From the NCBI GenBank assembly GCA_048772705.1, contig JBLWGC010000159.1, positions 238,886 to 302,885 of the forward strand: a stretch of DNA of 64,000 bases, read 5' to 3'. Positions 22,229-35,796 of this stretch are shown one piece after another. The DNA comes from Leidyana gryllorum EB-2025a (Eukaryota; Protista; Apicomplexa). The first letter of the stretch is position 1. Each line of letters opens with the position of its first letter. Both the position numbers and the translations under genes were made by a program. The notes under the pieces were generated by a model that saw only the letters and a program-made list of their open reading frames with translations, searched no databases and had not been told where the DNA came from.

Positions 22229-24547
22229 ATGGCTTCTGGAGCCCCACAATCCATCCTGACACCAATGACGAATCTTCGCGTCAAAAGTAAGCTGCTCGCG
22301 CTGACGCGCCTTTTCCTCTGGAAATGCCCTCTCCACTTCCTTTCGTCCCCATATCCACCACTCACGCTCCCACCCACCATGTCCACTCAGAGTTCGGCTT
22401 CTGCCTCATACTATGAAAAACAGTCAAGGAGGCGCCGCTTCAGCCGCTGGCTGAAGAATAAACTACACAAGATTACACGAGGCCGCTCGGCTTGCTGGTC
22501 ACCACCTTCAGATTGCGACGACCTCATTGAACTCGTGGAAACTTCTTCATCACTGAAAAGTTGCGACCGCGATGGGGAGCTCGATAACGATATCGATCTG
22601 CACTTTTCGTCTTGGCTTCAACTTCAGAGCTCAAACTTCAGCTTGAACATACCGACCCCAGTCTCAGATAGACTTCACCTTTCGCCCTCACCGTCAATCC
22701 ACGACCCAGAAACTCCTCACCGTCCAGAAACTCCTCACCATCCAGAAACTCCCCAACCCACCGATTCGGGTCAATCGTCAATTGAAGCCGACGAGGAGGA
22801 CACTCCATTTTGGACCCCCGCTCGCGAGCTTCTCCCCGCTCCTGAACAGCAAGTCGTCGTTCAGTGCTCTCGTCTCTCCAAGAACGTTACTCTCCTCGAG
22901 TCCATTCGCGCCAAACTGTCCTCCACTGTCCAGAAGCTCACCAATTTGCTTCTCCTCATCATTTGGAAGGGCTGTTTTGCGTCGATTGGGATAACCGCAG
23001 CCGCACTGTTCACGCTCGTGATCGCAGCGCTTGGGCTGGTGGTCGTGGCATTGATTGCAATTGCGTCCGGCCTGTATAGTGTCAGGTGGGTCGCTGGGCT
23101 CCAATCCCTTATGACGTCGGTGAGGGGGATCAGAGACAAACTTCGACCATCAAGTTCACATCAACGTTCTTCCCCGACGATGAGAGTCGCCAAACGGGTC
23201 AGATTCGAAATCATCCCGAGCCGTCGGCAGCCAGCGGTTCGCCGAGTCAAATTTCAGCAACAGAGACCGCTCGAACGCACTCCTCAGTCGCCCCCTTCTC
23301 ATGCGATCCGGGACACCGATACAACGGCGTCGTCACCGATGATGATGTATGACGGCGAGGTGCTCAACAATCATATTCTGCAAACATTTCTCAGAAATTC
23401 AACCCGAAAGGGTCGCCTGCTGGACCCCAGTCTCATTCCCATTTCGATTGTGGAACATCACAGGATAACTCTGGACGACGTACTCGAGCTCACGCGAGAA
23501 GTCGGCACTATCAAACGTCTGGAGGCATTCCAACAACCCATAGATGACTACACAGAACTCAACAAGTCTCGACCACAACTGCAGGTGACTCGCCCCAAAT
23601 GGAGATGCGTGAAAGCGACACTGACACACCGCCATGTTGGGCGCCATCACCGATTCAGGAAGTGGCGATCGACCTTCTCGTGGTCGTTTACAAAGAAACT
23701 CCCAACAGCAACGATATCTCTGCAGCGAGGATCAGATCAGTTGGCGCGACGATCAGAACAGTTGCCACGACCGGTCTCTGAACGTCTGGCCCAACGTCGG
23801 AAAGCACTGCAGGCGACGGTGGGATACCACCCTGGTGTGGCGGCTACCAGAGTTCGATGCAAAATCAGATTGTTGAAAGATCGATGGGCCATTCTCAACA
23901 CACAGATACCAAAACCGTCAATGCCTCAGCCCAACCAATGGATTGCCAACTGTCTCAGATGCGATCAGCCCCCGACTCACATCACTGGTTGGGTTGAAAA
24001 GGCGCGCAAGAACACAACCACAACGGCTCCCTGGACTTTAAGGAGAAGTTGGAGCCAAGAGGATCCCACCTCGTCAGATCGGGTGACAATTCTCCCAACG
24101 GTACTCGAGGACAGACCCGAAGTCCAAGTGCGACCTCAACACAGGAAACCTCGAGAGTATATGTGGGGGTGGCCCGGACTTGGGTGTCGACATGGAAGCA
24201 CATGTGACAAGATTCCAGACAATCTCGATCTGTGCAAGATTCAAATCCTCAGTCAAATCAATTGTCTCCAAGCGGGACTCCGAGTGGTGCCGGCTGGCGA
24301 GCAACTGGCAATTGAGAACGCAACGCGAACTCGCCACAATAAGCCTCTTCTGCCACAAGCCAGTTTCTTTGGTCAACCAGAGACAACGCAGCTCTCCATA
24401 GAGCTGCCACTGGACGTGAAAGCCCAGGCACAGTCCATTCCAATTCGCTGGGTGACCCCAGGCAGAGATCGAAAAGCGGGTCAATGTCTCAGCCAGCTGA
24501 GCACAGCACCTTGCACACCACAGAATGGCCTCAACCGAGATGGGTGA
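22229..24547 (+). CDS. hypothetical membrane protein
   Basis: ORF of >700 aa with a long hydrophobic segment (LLLLIIWKGCFASIGITAAALFTLVIAALGLVVVALIAIASGL). The start may be 22379, and the gene may extend by splicing toward 24866. Confidence 0.65.
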   Translation: MASGAPQSILTPMTNLRVKSKLLALTRLFLWKCPLHFLSSPYPPLTLPPTMSTQSSASASYYEKQSRRRRFSRWLKNKLHKITRGRSACWSPPSDCDDLIELVETSSSLKSCDRDGELDNDIDLHFSSWLQLQSSNFSLNIPTPVSDRLHLSPSPSIHDPETPHRPETPHHPETPQPTDSGQSSIEADEEDTPFWTPARELLPAPEQQVVVQCSRLSKNVTLLESIRAKLSSTVQKLTNLLLLIIWKGCFASIGITAAALFTLVIAALGLVVVALIAIASGLYSVRWVAGLQSLMTSVRGIRDKLRPSSSHQRSSPTMRVAKRVRFEIIPSRRQPAVRRVKFQQQRPLERTPQSPPSHAIRDTDTTASSPMMMYDGEVLNNHILQTFLRNSTRKGRLLDPSLIPISIVEHHRITLDDVLELTREVGTIKRLEAFQQPIDDYTELNKSRPQLQVTRPKWRCVKATLTHRHVGRHHRFRKWRSTFSWSFTKKLPTATISLQRGSDQLARRSEQLPRPVSERLAQRRKALQATVGYHPGVAATRVRCKIRLLKDRWAILNTQIPKPSMPQPNQWIANCLRCDQPPTHITGWVEKARKNTTTTAPWTLRRSWSQEDPTSSDRVTILPTVLEDRPEVQVRPQHRKPREYMWGWPGLGCRHGSTCDKIPDNLDLCKIQILSQINCLQAGLRVVPAGEQLAIENATRTRHNKPLLPQASFFGQPETTQLSIELPLDVKAQAQSIPIRWVTPGRDRKAGQCLSQLSTAPCTPQNGLNRDG

Positions 24548-24826
24548 CGTGATTTGGAGAGTATCGCATCACACACGCCGGCCCCTCCGAGTGGGTCTCG
24601 AAATGTGAATGCAGAGACAGACGTTCTCCTCGGCTTCCATGACCGCTTTCAGGCTGACTTTATCTGAGCCGAGGGAGAGACACTTCTGGTGGTACCCTCA
24701 AGGAAACATTGCCACAATACACAATCCCTCTCTGACTTGGTTTGGATGTGGAAGCGTGAGAAGTCTATTCGGCGCGACACTGCCCACTCACTGCTCACGC
24801 GATAGTCGAAAAGCGGTACCGCAACT

Positions 24827-27584
24827 TCAATTCGAGCTCGGCTGGTCCCCCCAGTTTCGGAACTGATTGAGGAGAACACTGGCAGGGCGGCTGCCAAACA
24901 GTCCAGAAAGCGAAAATGCAGGACGTGGCCCACTCGCCTCTGCGCTCCCAGCTCCATGCCAAGCTGCTCTCCCAGCTTCTGAGGAGGACTCGAAGGGAAC
25001 GCCATTGCCTGTGGCCACATCGTCTTCCTCCACAAGGGGGAGCGTATTGAAGAAGGGAAGCTCTCTATAGCTCTCGGACGCTGATGGCTGATCCGTCGCG
25101 GCCCCACCCACTGGTTTCGGTTCCGCAACAGCACTCGTCTCGCGCCCGACGAATGGATAGAGTAACGTTCTGGAGTCTCTCAATAACTTCTCTCCCTCGG
25201 CCCTGTAGTCAGCGAACGCTCTTACAGTTTGTTTTATCGCCCTCCACTTACCGAACATCGATCATACCCTCCATACCCGCAATGTTGGTTTCACAAAGAT
25301 ACACTCGCCGTTCTTCAGCTCGCCGTAATATGTTGCCGACAAAATGGGAGTCCAAAGCCGCTGGAGTTGCCGCCAGCGCCTGCAGGAAAGCTATACAGCT
25401 CGCCTTGCGATCCTACAGAGAACATTGTGGTACGCGGCCTTGGATTCAAAAATGTAAGATCTCACCTTATGCTCAGGAGATTGCTCCAGTCGGAGGCAAG
25501 CGTCGTGAATGAAGGCATGTCGAACAAGCGCTACCCACTCGGGAATGGGTGTTTGCTCCGGTGGGAAATTGAATGTCTCTTCAGGTTTCCTGAGAATGGG
25601 CAGATAGTTCTCTACAGCGAGTGTGAAAAGCCATTTGACGTTCGCCGCACTCCATCCAAAATCTTCCATCTGAACTCCCGGATCCCGAGTGCTCATTGAT
25701 GAGGCCAGGTTCTTCTGGATGTCCTCCAAGCGCTCCCTCAACCCATCGATGATCTCAGAGCTCAGATACCCAAAGTTCTGCTCGTCCATAAGCAAAGCCG
25801 GGGTGTCCCGCACCAGAAACTTGCTCAGATTCTTCAAGGCGCTGCTGGCATTGCTGAGGGGCTGACTGCAAATCGCCACTGTCGCGAAAAGGAACAGTGC
25901 GTCGGAGAACGGCGCTGGCGACGACACACTGAGATCAGTTCCGAACCAATGCACCAACATTTGGAATACTTCCGCTACCGATGGTCGGATTTGGTCCACT
26001 ACGAAGGGCTCGTCACAATCAGAAGACGCCACATCCTTCCATTGTACAAACAGACTGCCCCATCGCGCACAGTACTCCGCAACAGCAACTTTGGGATTGG
26101 GCAAATGTGTCTCATAATCTGCCAACACAACATACGGAGTTTGGTCGATTCCATACACATAACTTACAACTGCTAAATTCTTCTGCAGCCTGAGCTATTT
26201 GGAACTCCACCGCATTTGTCTCGCTCCCAGTAAGACATTCCAACAAAGTGGGGTCCTGAACAGGCAGCGACCGGGGTCGAAGCCACGGCTCCTGCCGTCT
26301 TTCAGAACGACAGGCAGTCATACAGTCTATCAACCTGCTGTCATTTGTCGAGTTGAGGGCGATGGCAAGACGAACGGCTGTCGTCGTCTTTCCATCCAAC
26401 TCAATAGGTGGATCGAATTTGCTCGTCCGCCGTGACCATTCATTGATCAATATTGCGAGCCAGCAGGTGGAGTCATCAATCATTTTGAAGGTTAAGTGGG
26501 GCATCTGGTAACTGAAACCCTCCTTCAAAATCGAGCCAATGCGTTGACGAGCACTTTGTAACGTACTGTCGTAGTCCGCATCCAATAAAACTGTGGCACC
26601 TCGCAGACAGGCAAAGTCACAGGTAGTCATCACAGTATCCAACTTGAACAGCGGCCTTTTACAGGTATGCGCCATCGGCATCACCGCGTGTGCTGTATTG
26701 GCTTCACTAGGGGGTTCAAAGTCTTGACAAGTGCACGGCACATGCTCAATGCCTGGAACCAATCTTTCAGTCAATTGAATCAAGTAGGCCGAGAACTCAT
26801 CGGGTTCGCGTAACAGTTGTAGCAAAGCGTCAAACGTCTCTAAGGCCAGCACACACTTTGCTTTATAAAGTGCGTCTGAGAGACATGCGCGATAACACTC
26901 TTCCACACTTCCTATCTCCTCCTTGGGCCGTGGCATGGCTTCCAGTGTGAAAAGCTGTTTGACAGCATTCTCACGCTGCTTGACAGCGTCGAGTAAAACT
27001 ACACCGGCTGACTCCTTGCTCGATGCATACTTGATCAGTAGTGACTGTGCAAAGGTTTGAATCGAGCAAAGAGGATCCGAAAGATTACGAACCACTACTT
27101 GGCAGAGATGACGGGTTCTAACGATGGCATCACGAAGTTGTTGTACCGGATTCGATACATTGGTGTGTGTGTCGATCGCAGAAAGCGCTTGAAGGAGATG
27201 GTTTTGACGCAAATGACTCTCAAAGCTGGGTGCTGGACTCCGAGTGCTGAGATGTTGAACAGATAGAGGGGTGGCTGTAGCAGTGGTGGCAGAGATCGGT
27301 GCTGTAACGGTCTGCACAGTGGGAGGGTGATCAAGTGTGGTTTCGCCCTCCTCATCCAAATTGTTGTCGAAGATAAGTGCAGCCAGTTTGCGTATGGAGG
27401 CATTAGCCTCCAGTACAGTGTTGTAGTTGTTGTTTATGTCGACAAGAGTGGCGACGAGGTCCCTTTGCACTTGGTGTGCTGCATCGGCTTCTGGGGTGTT
27501 AGCGGCTTTGTTGGCTGGTAATTCGGCATAGTAGGAGGCCTTGAGGTCTTGGATAGGGAGGTTGACGAAAAAGTCAGCTGACAT
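24827..27584 (-). CDS. helical tethering-complex subunit, Vps51/Cog1-like N-terminus, multi-exon
   Basis: ORFs 26112..27584, 25391..26158 and 24827..25258 can be joined by GT-AG introns (e.g. ~26119-26167). DLVATLVDINNNYNTVLEANASIRKL resembles the Vps51/Cog1 N-terminal motif; the family call is tentative. Confidence 0.5.
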
Positions 27585-27654
27585 GAATTGAAAAGAAAAT
27601 GGTGTAGGGTGGCACAGTTGACAGACCGATGTACCAGTGACGAGGTTTTTGAGA

Positions 27655-30438
27655 ATGTACTCCGCATCTCCCCCTTTAGTGGCGGGACCGAACAGAAAAT
27701 CACGAGCTCAAGCACATCGACACTCAACCGTTGGTGGTCTACGATCCGCCCGCCTCCTTGACTATGACAATGGGACTAGCAAGACTTCCACTACACACAC
27801 GCGTTTGGCGCGTTGCAGTGTACCAATAATCGGTGACGCCGACGTTGTTGAATCCTCACATTACCGCCGCAACCGATTGCATTCCCTCAAACCGCCCGTG
27901 GAGGTTGAGGTGCTGAACCCACTTGTGGACGTGTGGCACCCACCACCGCGGGGGGAGGATTTTGGACGGTCTGGTGGACCCCTCACCAACTCTGAAAGCA
28001 AGAGTTGGTTGCCGCTGCAGAGTCCCAATTCCGGTCTTCCGGGATCTTGGTCCGGAAGCTCGCATACGAGTCGTGAGCGTTGGGATCCGTGGGACCGGCA
28101 AGTGCACAAGTTGGAGCGTCGAAACCTGGCGTATCGTATCAACGCTCCCAAGACCAATGCAGTACGGAGTCATTATGAGAGCGCTGCGGGGATGGCGCCT
28201 CCTCGAGTGCAGCAACAGCAGCACCGATACTGTGACTGGAGTCGTCCAACACTGAGCAAGAAGGCCTCGTTGAATTCCCCCCAATCGTCTGCCAGTGGGA
28301 AATCGAGCAAAGCTCCCCCCCTTCATTCCCATTCTGACACATTTGGCCGCCGTCAATCCAGTTATTTACGGCTTTCCCCCCCAACTTCCAACCGCAGACC
28401 CCTGCCTCCCGGTGACCGGCTCAATTGGTCCACATTCCGGTCGAGAGGGGATTCTGTTGCGAACGCCAACCGTCCACGAACCTGCGGTACACGTGAGAGC
28501 TCTTCCAGTCTGGCTGGATCGCCTCGCGCTGGTACAGGAGATGACAAATGGCCTCAATCGGCCGCTGCGACACCAGACACTCTGGAAGAAACCGACAATA
28601 GTTGTGATGATATGGACGCGATGCCTGCTTTCGGGGCGGGAGATATTGCTACTGTTACTGATGCGCTCGACGATCGCTTTACCGAAGCTCTATCCAATGA
28701 GACGGCTGATTTGTCACAGTACCCAGGAATGTCCATAGACACTCCTCGATCAGGAGAGGATGAACTGGAGGGTAGGTTCGGTCGTTTGAACCGTTTGGCG
28801 CGCGGACCCCGCTCGGAGGAGGACGATACGCCTTTGCCAGCCCCGTCTGGGGGTGGGGGCGGTGGCGGCTATCACCCGAGAGACACATCGCGCAGAAAGA
28901 CCGTCTACTTGCCCCCTCCCCGTTACGTCGAGCAGCATCGCTCCTATAGTCGACGTCGTTCAGGGGGAGCCGAATGGAAACGAGAGACTTACAGTGGATC
29001 GGAGCGGAAGCGGGATAGCTATGTCAGCGCGCATCACTTCATGCAACCGCCTGCGAGCATCCCGCGACCTGTCGATCTGTCCGACGTCTGTCCCCAATTT
29101 AGTCTGGAAGAGATACGTCAAGCCACAAGAAACTTTGCGGACTCGAATAAACTCGGCGAAGGTGCCAATGGTCAAGTGTACCTTGGCACCTTGAGCAGTG
29201 GTACTGAAGTAGCTGTGAAGGTTATGACAGTAAGTCAGCATTAGATCTGGCCACCCCCATCAACTTTTTCTCCCTCTCTCTCTTTCAGACTCGGGGTGGA
29301 AGTGGCGGAGGTTTTGAGGAAGAAATACGTGTTCTGTCAATGTTTCGGCACCCTAATCTCGTCACTCTACTCGGCTACATCCCGGGAACTGAACGCATCC
29401 TTATATATGAATATTTGGCACAGGGAGACTTGTGTAAATTGTTACATCGAGATGAGTATGTTAATGTGAATGAACCCCCTCAATCGGGGCGGCGGGGCAC
29501 TGGAGCTTCTCTATGCTCGAGGCTCAGTGCCGCTTCGAGTCAGCGATCCGGGACCCGTGCTGGACCTCTTCGCTGGCAGACACGAGTGTCAGCAGCCGTC
29601 GACGCGGCGCAAGGTTTGGCATACCTCCATTCGCGAGTCCCCAAGGTGTTTCATCGCGATATAAAATCCGCCAATATACTTCTTGACAAGCGAGGTGTTG
29701 CCAAACTCTCAGACTTCGGTCTTGCTGCTTATGCCTCTCGTAGCTCACCCGGGAAGCTCACCGTTCGCAAAGCGGAAGGAACTCCAGGATACGCAGATCC
29801 CGACTATATGACGACGCTCGAAGTTACCGAACAAACTGAGATGTATAGCTTTGGAATTGTTATGCTCGAACTCTTGACTTCAAGGTCACCTGCAGTCTTT
29901 ACCAACAGAGGTGGTAGGAGTGACAGGCTACGCTACTTCCTTGACGATATAGACCTCGATAATCCCGAGTCTGTGCTGCCCTATGTTGACCGTCAATGTG
30001 GTTGGCCTCCTGAGTTCGACCTCCAGTGGGCTCGCTTGGCCTTTAGGTACGCCATCTCCTCATCAATGTCCAACCCACCGGCCTGTGGCCGTCTTGTGTT
30101 ACGTTGTGGTACACAGCACACACTTGTGTTTCTTACATGTCTCTTCCCTTTGCAGCTGTATCCAGCGGAACGCGAGGTGCCGACCGCGTTGTGCGGACGT
30201 CGTGAAGTCTTTGCGCATTCTGCAACGATGCTCTCAGGATTACGCTGAATGGCAGCCCAGCCCTCCCTGCCCAAGTCACCAGAGTTCACCCCCCCCACAT
30301 CACCAGTCGCGCTGCAATCACAGTACAGCAGGCGCAGAGAAAATGAAGGCGGGTTTGGTTTCCTCGGGGCGCCGTCAATGCACATTCTCGCAGCGAAGCT
30401 GCGATCTCAGCGGTGCTGCGGACAGGCGTCATCTTTAG
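27655..30438 (+). CDS. TKL-group IRAK/RLK-Pelle-type protein kinase with long disordered N-terminus, multi-exon
   Basis: FSLEEIRQATRNF..KLGEGANGQVYLG..VAVK, RHPNLVTLLGY, HRDIKSANILLD, DFGLA, GTPGYADPDY, YSFGIVMLELLT; intron ~29231-29288. Confidence 0.92.
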
Positions 30439-30584
30439 ATTTTCTTCTGCTTTCTACCTCTGTACCATCACCGAAATGACGTTCGCGACTTCTGCTATAA
30501 CTCCTACATTGCTTACTTCGCCAAATAGGGCGACGACTTCCTCACCCTTTTGAAGCAGCTGGTCCTTTTTCTTTCAGTCAAAAT

Positions 30585-33336
30585 ATGCTTGCAGCAGAAG
30601 CCGATCACGCCAGTGTTGTAACGCCTGACCATCTAGCTGCTCAACTCTCCTCTTCACATAAGTTACCATCGTCAATCTTCCTGAAAAGACTCGCCCAGCT
30701 TGGGACATCCACCTATCCGGGTGCCGAACAGAGTCATGAGGTGAGTGAGGCTCCTCCCACTTGCAGGCCTTAATCTCACGTCAGTGGCTTGACACTATAT
30801 GTAAAACTGGGCTGCCAGTATGCGTCTTCCACAAGGCCACCACTGAGTCGACCCAAAGAATCAACTCACTCTTGAACCGCTTGTTGGCCTTCCATGCCCC
30901 ATGGCTGGCGTTAGTGATGGACAACTTTGAGATATGTATTACCGAGACGGTCTTCTATCCTCTGCTCGACCCGTGGGAAGCCGAGCTGGACGTATCGGAT
31001 GAGGACTGTGTGCACTTTCTACAGGTAGACGACGAAAGAGCCACTTTCCCCCTCATACACTTCTTGGCAGTGGTTGACGAGGGCGGGACAAAGTTGTGCC
31101 GCGGCCATTCTCTGTGTCTCTTTGTTACTGGGGAATGCCGGAGCTCTCCTGGCCATATGTGACCGAGTTGCTTTGCGCAAGTACTTGAGCGATACAGTTA
31201 CCAAACTGTACAAAGACAGAAACTATCTGGATGGGACGTGGTCTCTCGCAGCCGACACTGCTGCGGCGACTCCTCAGACATTTGCTGAAGAGTGGGATGC
31301 CGAAATGACAGCTTTTGAGCATTACCAGGATGGCGGGGGTACTGAGTCGCTTCTCCACAGCAAGATACCGCCGTCCTGTGTTATGTCTGTGGCACCCACG
31401 GAACTCATTGACATATTGTTCCGAAGAGCCACGATCCGGGAGGTGAGACTGAAATGATGGCAAAGTGGTGCTTTCAACTGGTATTATCCACCCTCTCATA
31501 GTTCCTGAAATTGATTGAAGAGGAGAACACTTTTGCTGAACCCGTTCCCTCGAGCAAGAATCCGTTGATGAGATTGGGTCCGCTCGCGACCAAAGCTCAG
31601 TTTCTGGATTGTGTCAGACTGGGAATCCATCTCGGTCTGGCACAGCATCAAGTCTCGGTGATTGAAGAGGCTAAGGAGTGGGTTACATATCAGCGGAGTG
31701 CATGATCACGTGTGGGCAGGATACTCAAATCAGGTGACTTGTTTATGGTCGACTGTTACACCATGGAGCCGAGTGGGTCTTCGACTCCTCTTTCGCCTCC
31801 GACGAGCCAGAAGCTGCGCAACAGCCTCGCTGTCGGTCAAGCAGTGCTCTATGATGATGAAAATCGAGTGTCCGAGCGGGATATCGCGCAGTGCGAGTTT
31901 CTGGAAGCTTTGGGCACCGTTCGTGGCCGTACCATAGGATTCGTAACTCGCGAACCCTCAATCAAGCCCGAGTCACCGGTTGGACACCTCCTCCAGAAAT
32001 GCAAAGAGAGAGCATTCCCTCGGATATTCGCTGTCACCGGAGGATGGGCAGCTCTCAAGTTGGAGATACTCCAATTGCCCAAACACTTCCAAGATCAGTT
32101 ACTGATCCCCGCCCAATCGCGTCCAGCCTGGCCTCTTGACTCATTCGGCTTCCTTACTAACAGCTTCCGAGGCATCTCAGAAGACTCGACGTCAGCCACA
32201 CAGATTCGAGACAACGTTAAGGTGAGTGATCTATTTCGTGATTCCGTGTTTCCCTCCGTTCCCATTCGCTGAGGAGACATCATGAGACCTCACTCTATGA
32301 TACGGTCGTTGCGCATTCTCAGGCGTTCATCGATCGCGAGAGCGAACAGATTGCAGCGGCCACACAAACATTCCGCAAACGAATGTGGAAACTGTTTGGA
32401 ACTGGAGAGGATTCGCCCAGTAACGCTACTGGGGGCCCTACAGAGCGGGCTATGACTGTTCCGGCGCTGCCCCCGGACCAGGTGCCACCCCCTTTGGGAC
32501 GATTCGAGACTGTCGATGAGAATTCCATGTCAACCGGCGGAGCTGTCGGGAGTGAGGCACCAGCGAAAATGTTGTCAGCAGCCGCCCTGGCAGTCGGTAG
32601 CTGGTGGGGCAATATGACGAGCAGTGCCGGCTCGTCTTCTGTGGCGGCGATGAGTCCGCCGGATACATTGGAGTCCTCTGTGTCGGCCCCTCCGGCGCCT
32701 CCGCCGACCGCAGCCGAGAACACTGCGAACGACGAGCCTTCTTATCCCCCCCTCACAGGCGGCGATGAAGAGTCGCAACAGGCGGCGGCAATTGGCAGCC
32801 GCGAAGGAGACAAGGCGACGGATTTGGGTTCAAGATACGTCGGTACTGTGCATTTACGTCCGACTCAAGTCGAGTTGGACTTGGAGGACAGCGCAAGTGG
32901 AGAGGAGATCGATCTGAATGAAGGAGACAGCGATGGGGACGCAATGCTGCAGAGTGGTAATGCTATGCCTCTCGCGAAGAGGCGCAGCGATCGACTTCCC
33001 CACGAACTCCCTTCAATTGTGAACTTTGAAGCGAGTTCGAGTGTGAGTCCGCCAATAAGTGTGATTGGTGATCCACCGATGCTGCTCGCTCCACACACTA
33101 CGGCAGTTACGGGAGAACGTACACAAGCGACTGCAATGACTGAATTGAGTATCATCGCTACTGAATCAGCCCCTGCTGGCACACATGAGGGGGGGATCAA
33201 CAGTCTAGGACGAGATAGCGAGACCTTGCCTGCCGGAGATGACGTCTCAATTGATGAGGAGCTTGCTGCTCTCGAGAAAGACCTCGACCAACAGGCAGAT
33301 GCACGCTTCAAAGCTCTTGCCGCTAATCAAAGTTAA
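30585..33336 (+). CDS. TBC1D23-like (TBC + rhodanese-like domain) protein, multi-exon
   Basis: RLLAFHAPWL (TBC LLxYHDP-like), FPLIHFLAVV, LFMVDC and IFAVTGGWAAL (rhodanese-like), followed by an acidic disordered tail. Confidence 0.6.
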
Positions 33337-33479
33337 TCCAAAAAGCTCTCTCATCCTACTAGTCTATGATACCGGCACATCACTGCGAAATAGCAGAAGC
33401 CGATGATACCCTTTATCTCTCGTTTTCTCTCTTTCTCTCTCCCTCTCGTGCTGGCTGGTTGTGATCAACCCTTCCCCAG

Positions 33480-35605
33480 TCAAGATTCCGCTGGAGTATT
33501 CACTATTTGAGCGAACTTAGCCTGATCGATGAGAGAGGTGTCGTCATTCGAACTCACTCTGAGACCACTTACGTGTGCTGCCAGCGTATATTCGTGATCC
33601 GCTCCACATAGAAGGATCAGTGAATTGAAAGCGGTTTCGAACGCACGCGCTATGGCATTCCTGCAGGGCAGACCAACAAGTTGTGTGCGAGTGTGGCAAA
33701 AGCAAGCATCGCTCACCGATAGAAGCCATTGAGATTGGTGAGATCTCCGGCCGCGTACGTTAGAATATCACCCAAATCCTCATACATCCCTGACACGGTG
33801 AAGCTTGCTCGAGGTACGACCTGAACTCACATGCATCCTTAATCCTAATTCCCCGCCTTACTGCGAACGCGTAGTCAATCCTCTTTTGTAGGTGCCAAGC
33901 AGCCTGCGTGTAATTGCCCTCATCCTTATACGCCTCATATAACATCGTGTCTAGGTCGAACATCACGTTGTGCTGCGTGAACACACGACCAGCCTCTGCG
34001 CGAGAGATGTTTGCAACCACACTGCGTAAATCAATCTCACCTTGATAGACCAGCTCGAGGTCACTCAGGTATTTCTTGGAGCATTCCTCCACTCGTGCAA
34101 TGTATGCATCTTCGAAACTCTCGTAGTGCGCGATTTGTTCCGCACTAAACGCCAGAGTGCAACTGTTCGAAAAGATTGTCAAGAGACACACTGTCGTCTG
34201 GAAGACTCACACTGTGCACGGCTGAGCCGTTGTCGAGCATTCCTCCTCTCCATCGGCGTTAACGTAAGTATCGGTTTTCATAAAGACCGTTCCAGCGCCA
34301 CAATCAGGGCATCGGAAGCCACGGCACCGATCAATAGGATCTTCACATCTCTCACAGCGACAGGTGAACTGCCAACTCTGCAGTTTTTCCCGTCGTACTG
34401 CAGATTATTACTTGGTGTCGACGAGTTTTGCACCGCAGAGGACTCACTGTGAGTGGGTTTCAAGAGGTCGTCGTCTCCTATGTAGCTGATGGTTATTTCA
34501 GCTCCTGCGCGCAGATGGGTACGAGCGCGTAAGACAAAGGCCTCGTTGCTTCCATAGTGCCACGTGGCGCTCGCATTGCAGCTGTGTGCCATATTGGAAA
34601 TTCCTGTTGGAGGGTGTGTGACCGAGCAGCCTTCTCTGGTGTGGACTCACGATCATACAAAATGAGACCTTCATTTTCTGCATGGTGACCAAAGCCGTTG
34701 AATCGCCACGCGTTGAGGGCCCTTTGGTATTTGTGAGCGTCAAGCGCCAATCCCGTTCTGTCCAGCACTCTCCGAACGTCCCTCCCTGGCTCTTCTTCGG
34801 GGTCAGGGACGAACTTTTGTTGTATGGCTCTTTGGCCTGGGAGCTCGAGCTTGGTCAGAGACGTGATAGCAGCTAGATGCCACACTGGGGGAAGATTGAA
34901 AGCTTCCTCTGAATTCAGCTCCTGTAAAACTTGCCACAGCCCCGGGTTAACAGACGGCACAGCCGCAAGCACTGGTGCTTCGACAAATATAATGTCTCCA
35001 GGGTTCATATCGTGACGAGCGAACAAGCAACGTCCTTTGCCCGAGACCTGTTGAGAGGGAATGTGACAAAGAGAGACAAGTTGATTGAGTATTCACACCA
35101 CAAAGATGACGACAATTAATTATCTCGTGTGTTCCAATCAGTCAGTCAGTTAGTCAGTCAGTCAGTTGGTGAGACGCGTACTCACCGGTTGCACATAGAC
35201 CTGGAGGTCTATCATGCTCAGATTGTAGGGACGGAGGTGCGCAGCCGCGTCTTGAGCTGTCATGGCATTTTCAGCACATTCTTTAGCAACTCGACACTCA
35301 CTTTCGTTTTGATCCTCCTCGACGTCAGCATCAGCGTCTTCCTCTTCATAGTCAGCTTCTTCGTCCTCGTCGTTCTCTTCTTCGTCCCCCTCCTCTTCCT
35401 CATCTTCCTCGTTGTCGCTTCTGTCCTCGTCCTCGTCGGGCGAAAGCACGATGCCCTCGAAATCGGCGGAGCCGTGCTGTAGACGGGAAGCGTCAGCTAC
35501 GGGTATGTCAGCCGCCTCATAGTCCGTATGCTTAGCATTCATATAGGAGTCCCCAAAATCGTCATTGTCGGGGACTGTAGTTTGGGTGACGTGAGCTGGA
35601 CGCAT
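33480..35605 (-). CDS. AKMT: apical complex lysine methyltransferase (AKMT)-type SET/SMYD protein, multi-exon
   Basis: Acidic N-terminus, then FGHHAENEGLILYDRISNMAHSCNASATWHYG..FVLRAR..L.AG.EITISYIGDDDL and post-SET WQFTCRCERC..RGFRCPDCG, closely matching Toxoplasma AKMT as recalled. Confidence 0.85.
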
Positions 35606-35796
35606 GACATGTGCCAACTTGTCAGTCAGAGTGGGGGGGGCCTACCAAATTGGTCTGTGTCAGGTTTGTCATGGGGAGTGAGGAGTTCAGAAGTGGGGTC
35701 GTGAACCGCAGCAGCTAGGCCAGCGGAAGGAGCCATCTTAGGTTGGCTGTCTATAGGTACCCTTGAGTGGTGCACGCCCTAGCTGTCTCAGCGTGC

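Noticed and set aside
29080-30050. Plant-like RLK kinase as a second plant HGT
   Set aside because: IRAK/RLK-Pelle-type kinases are already known from apicomplexans, and this gene has host-type introns; there is no reason to invoke transfer without a phylogeny.
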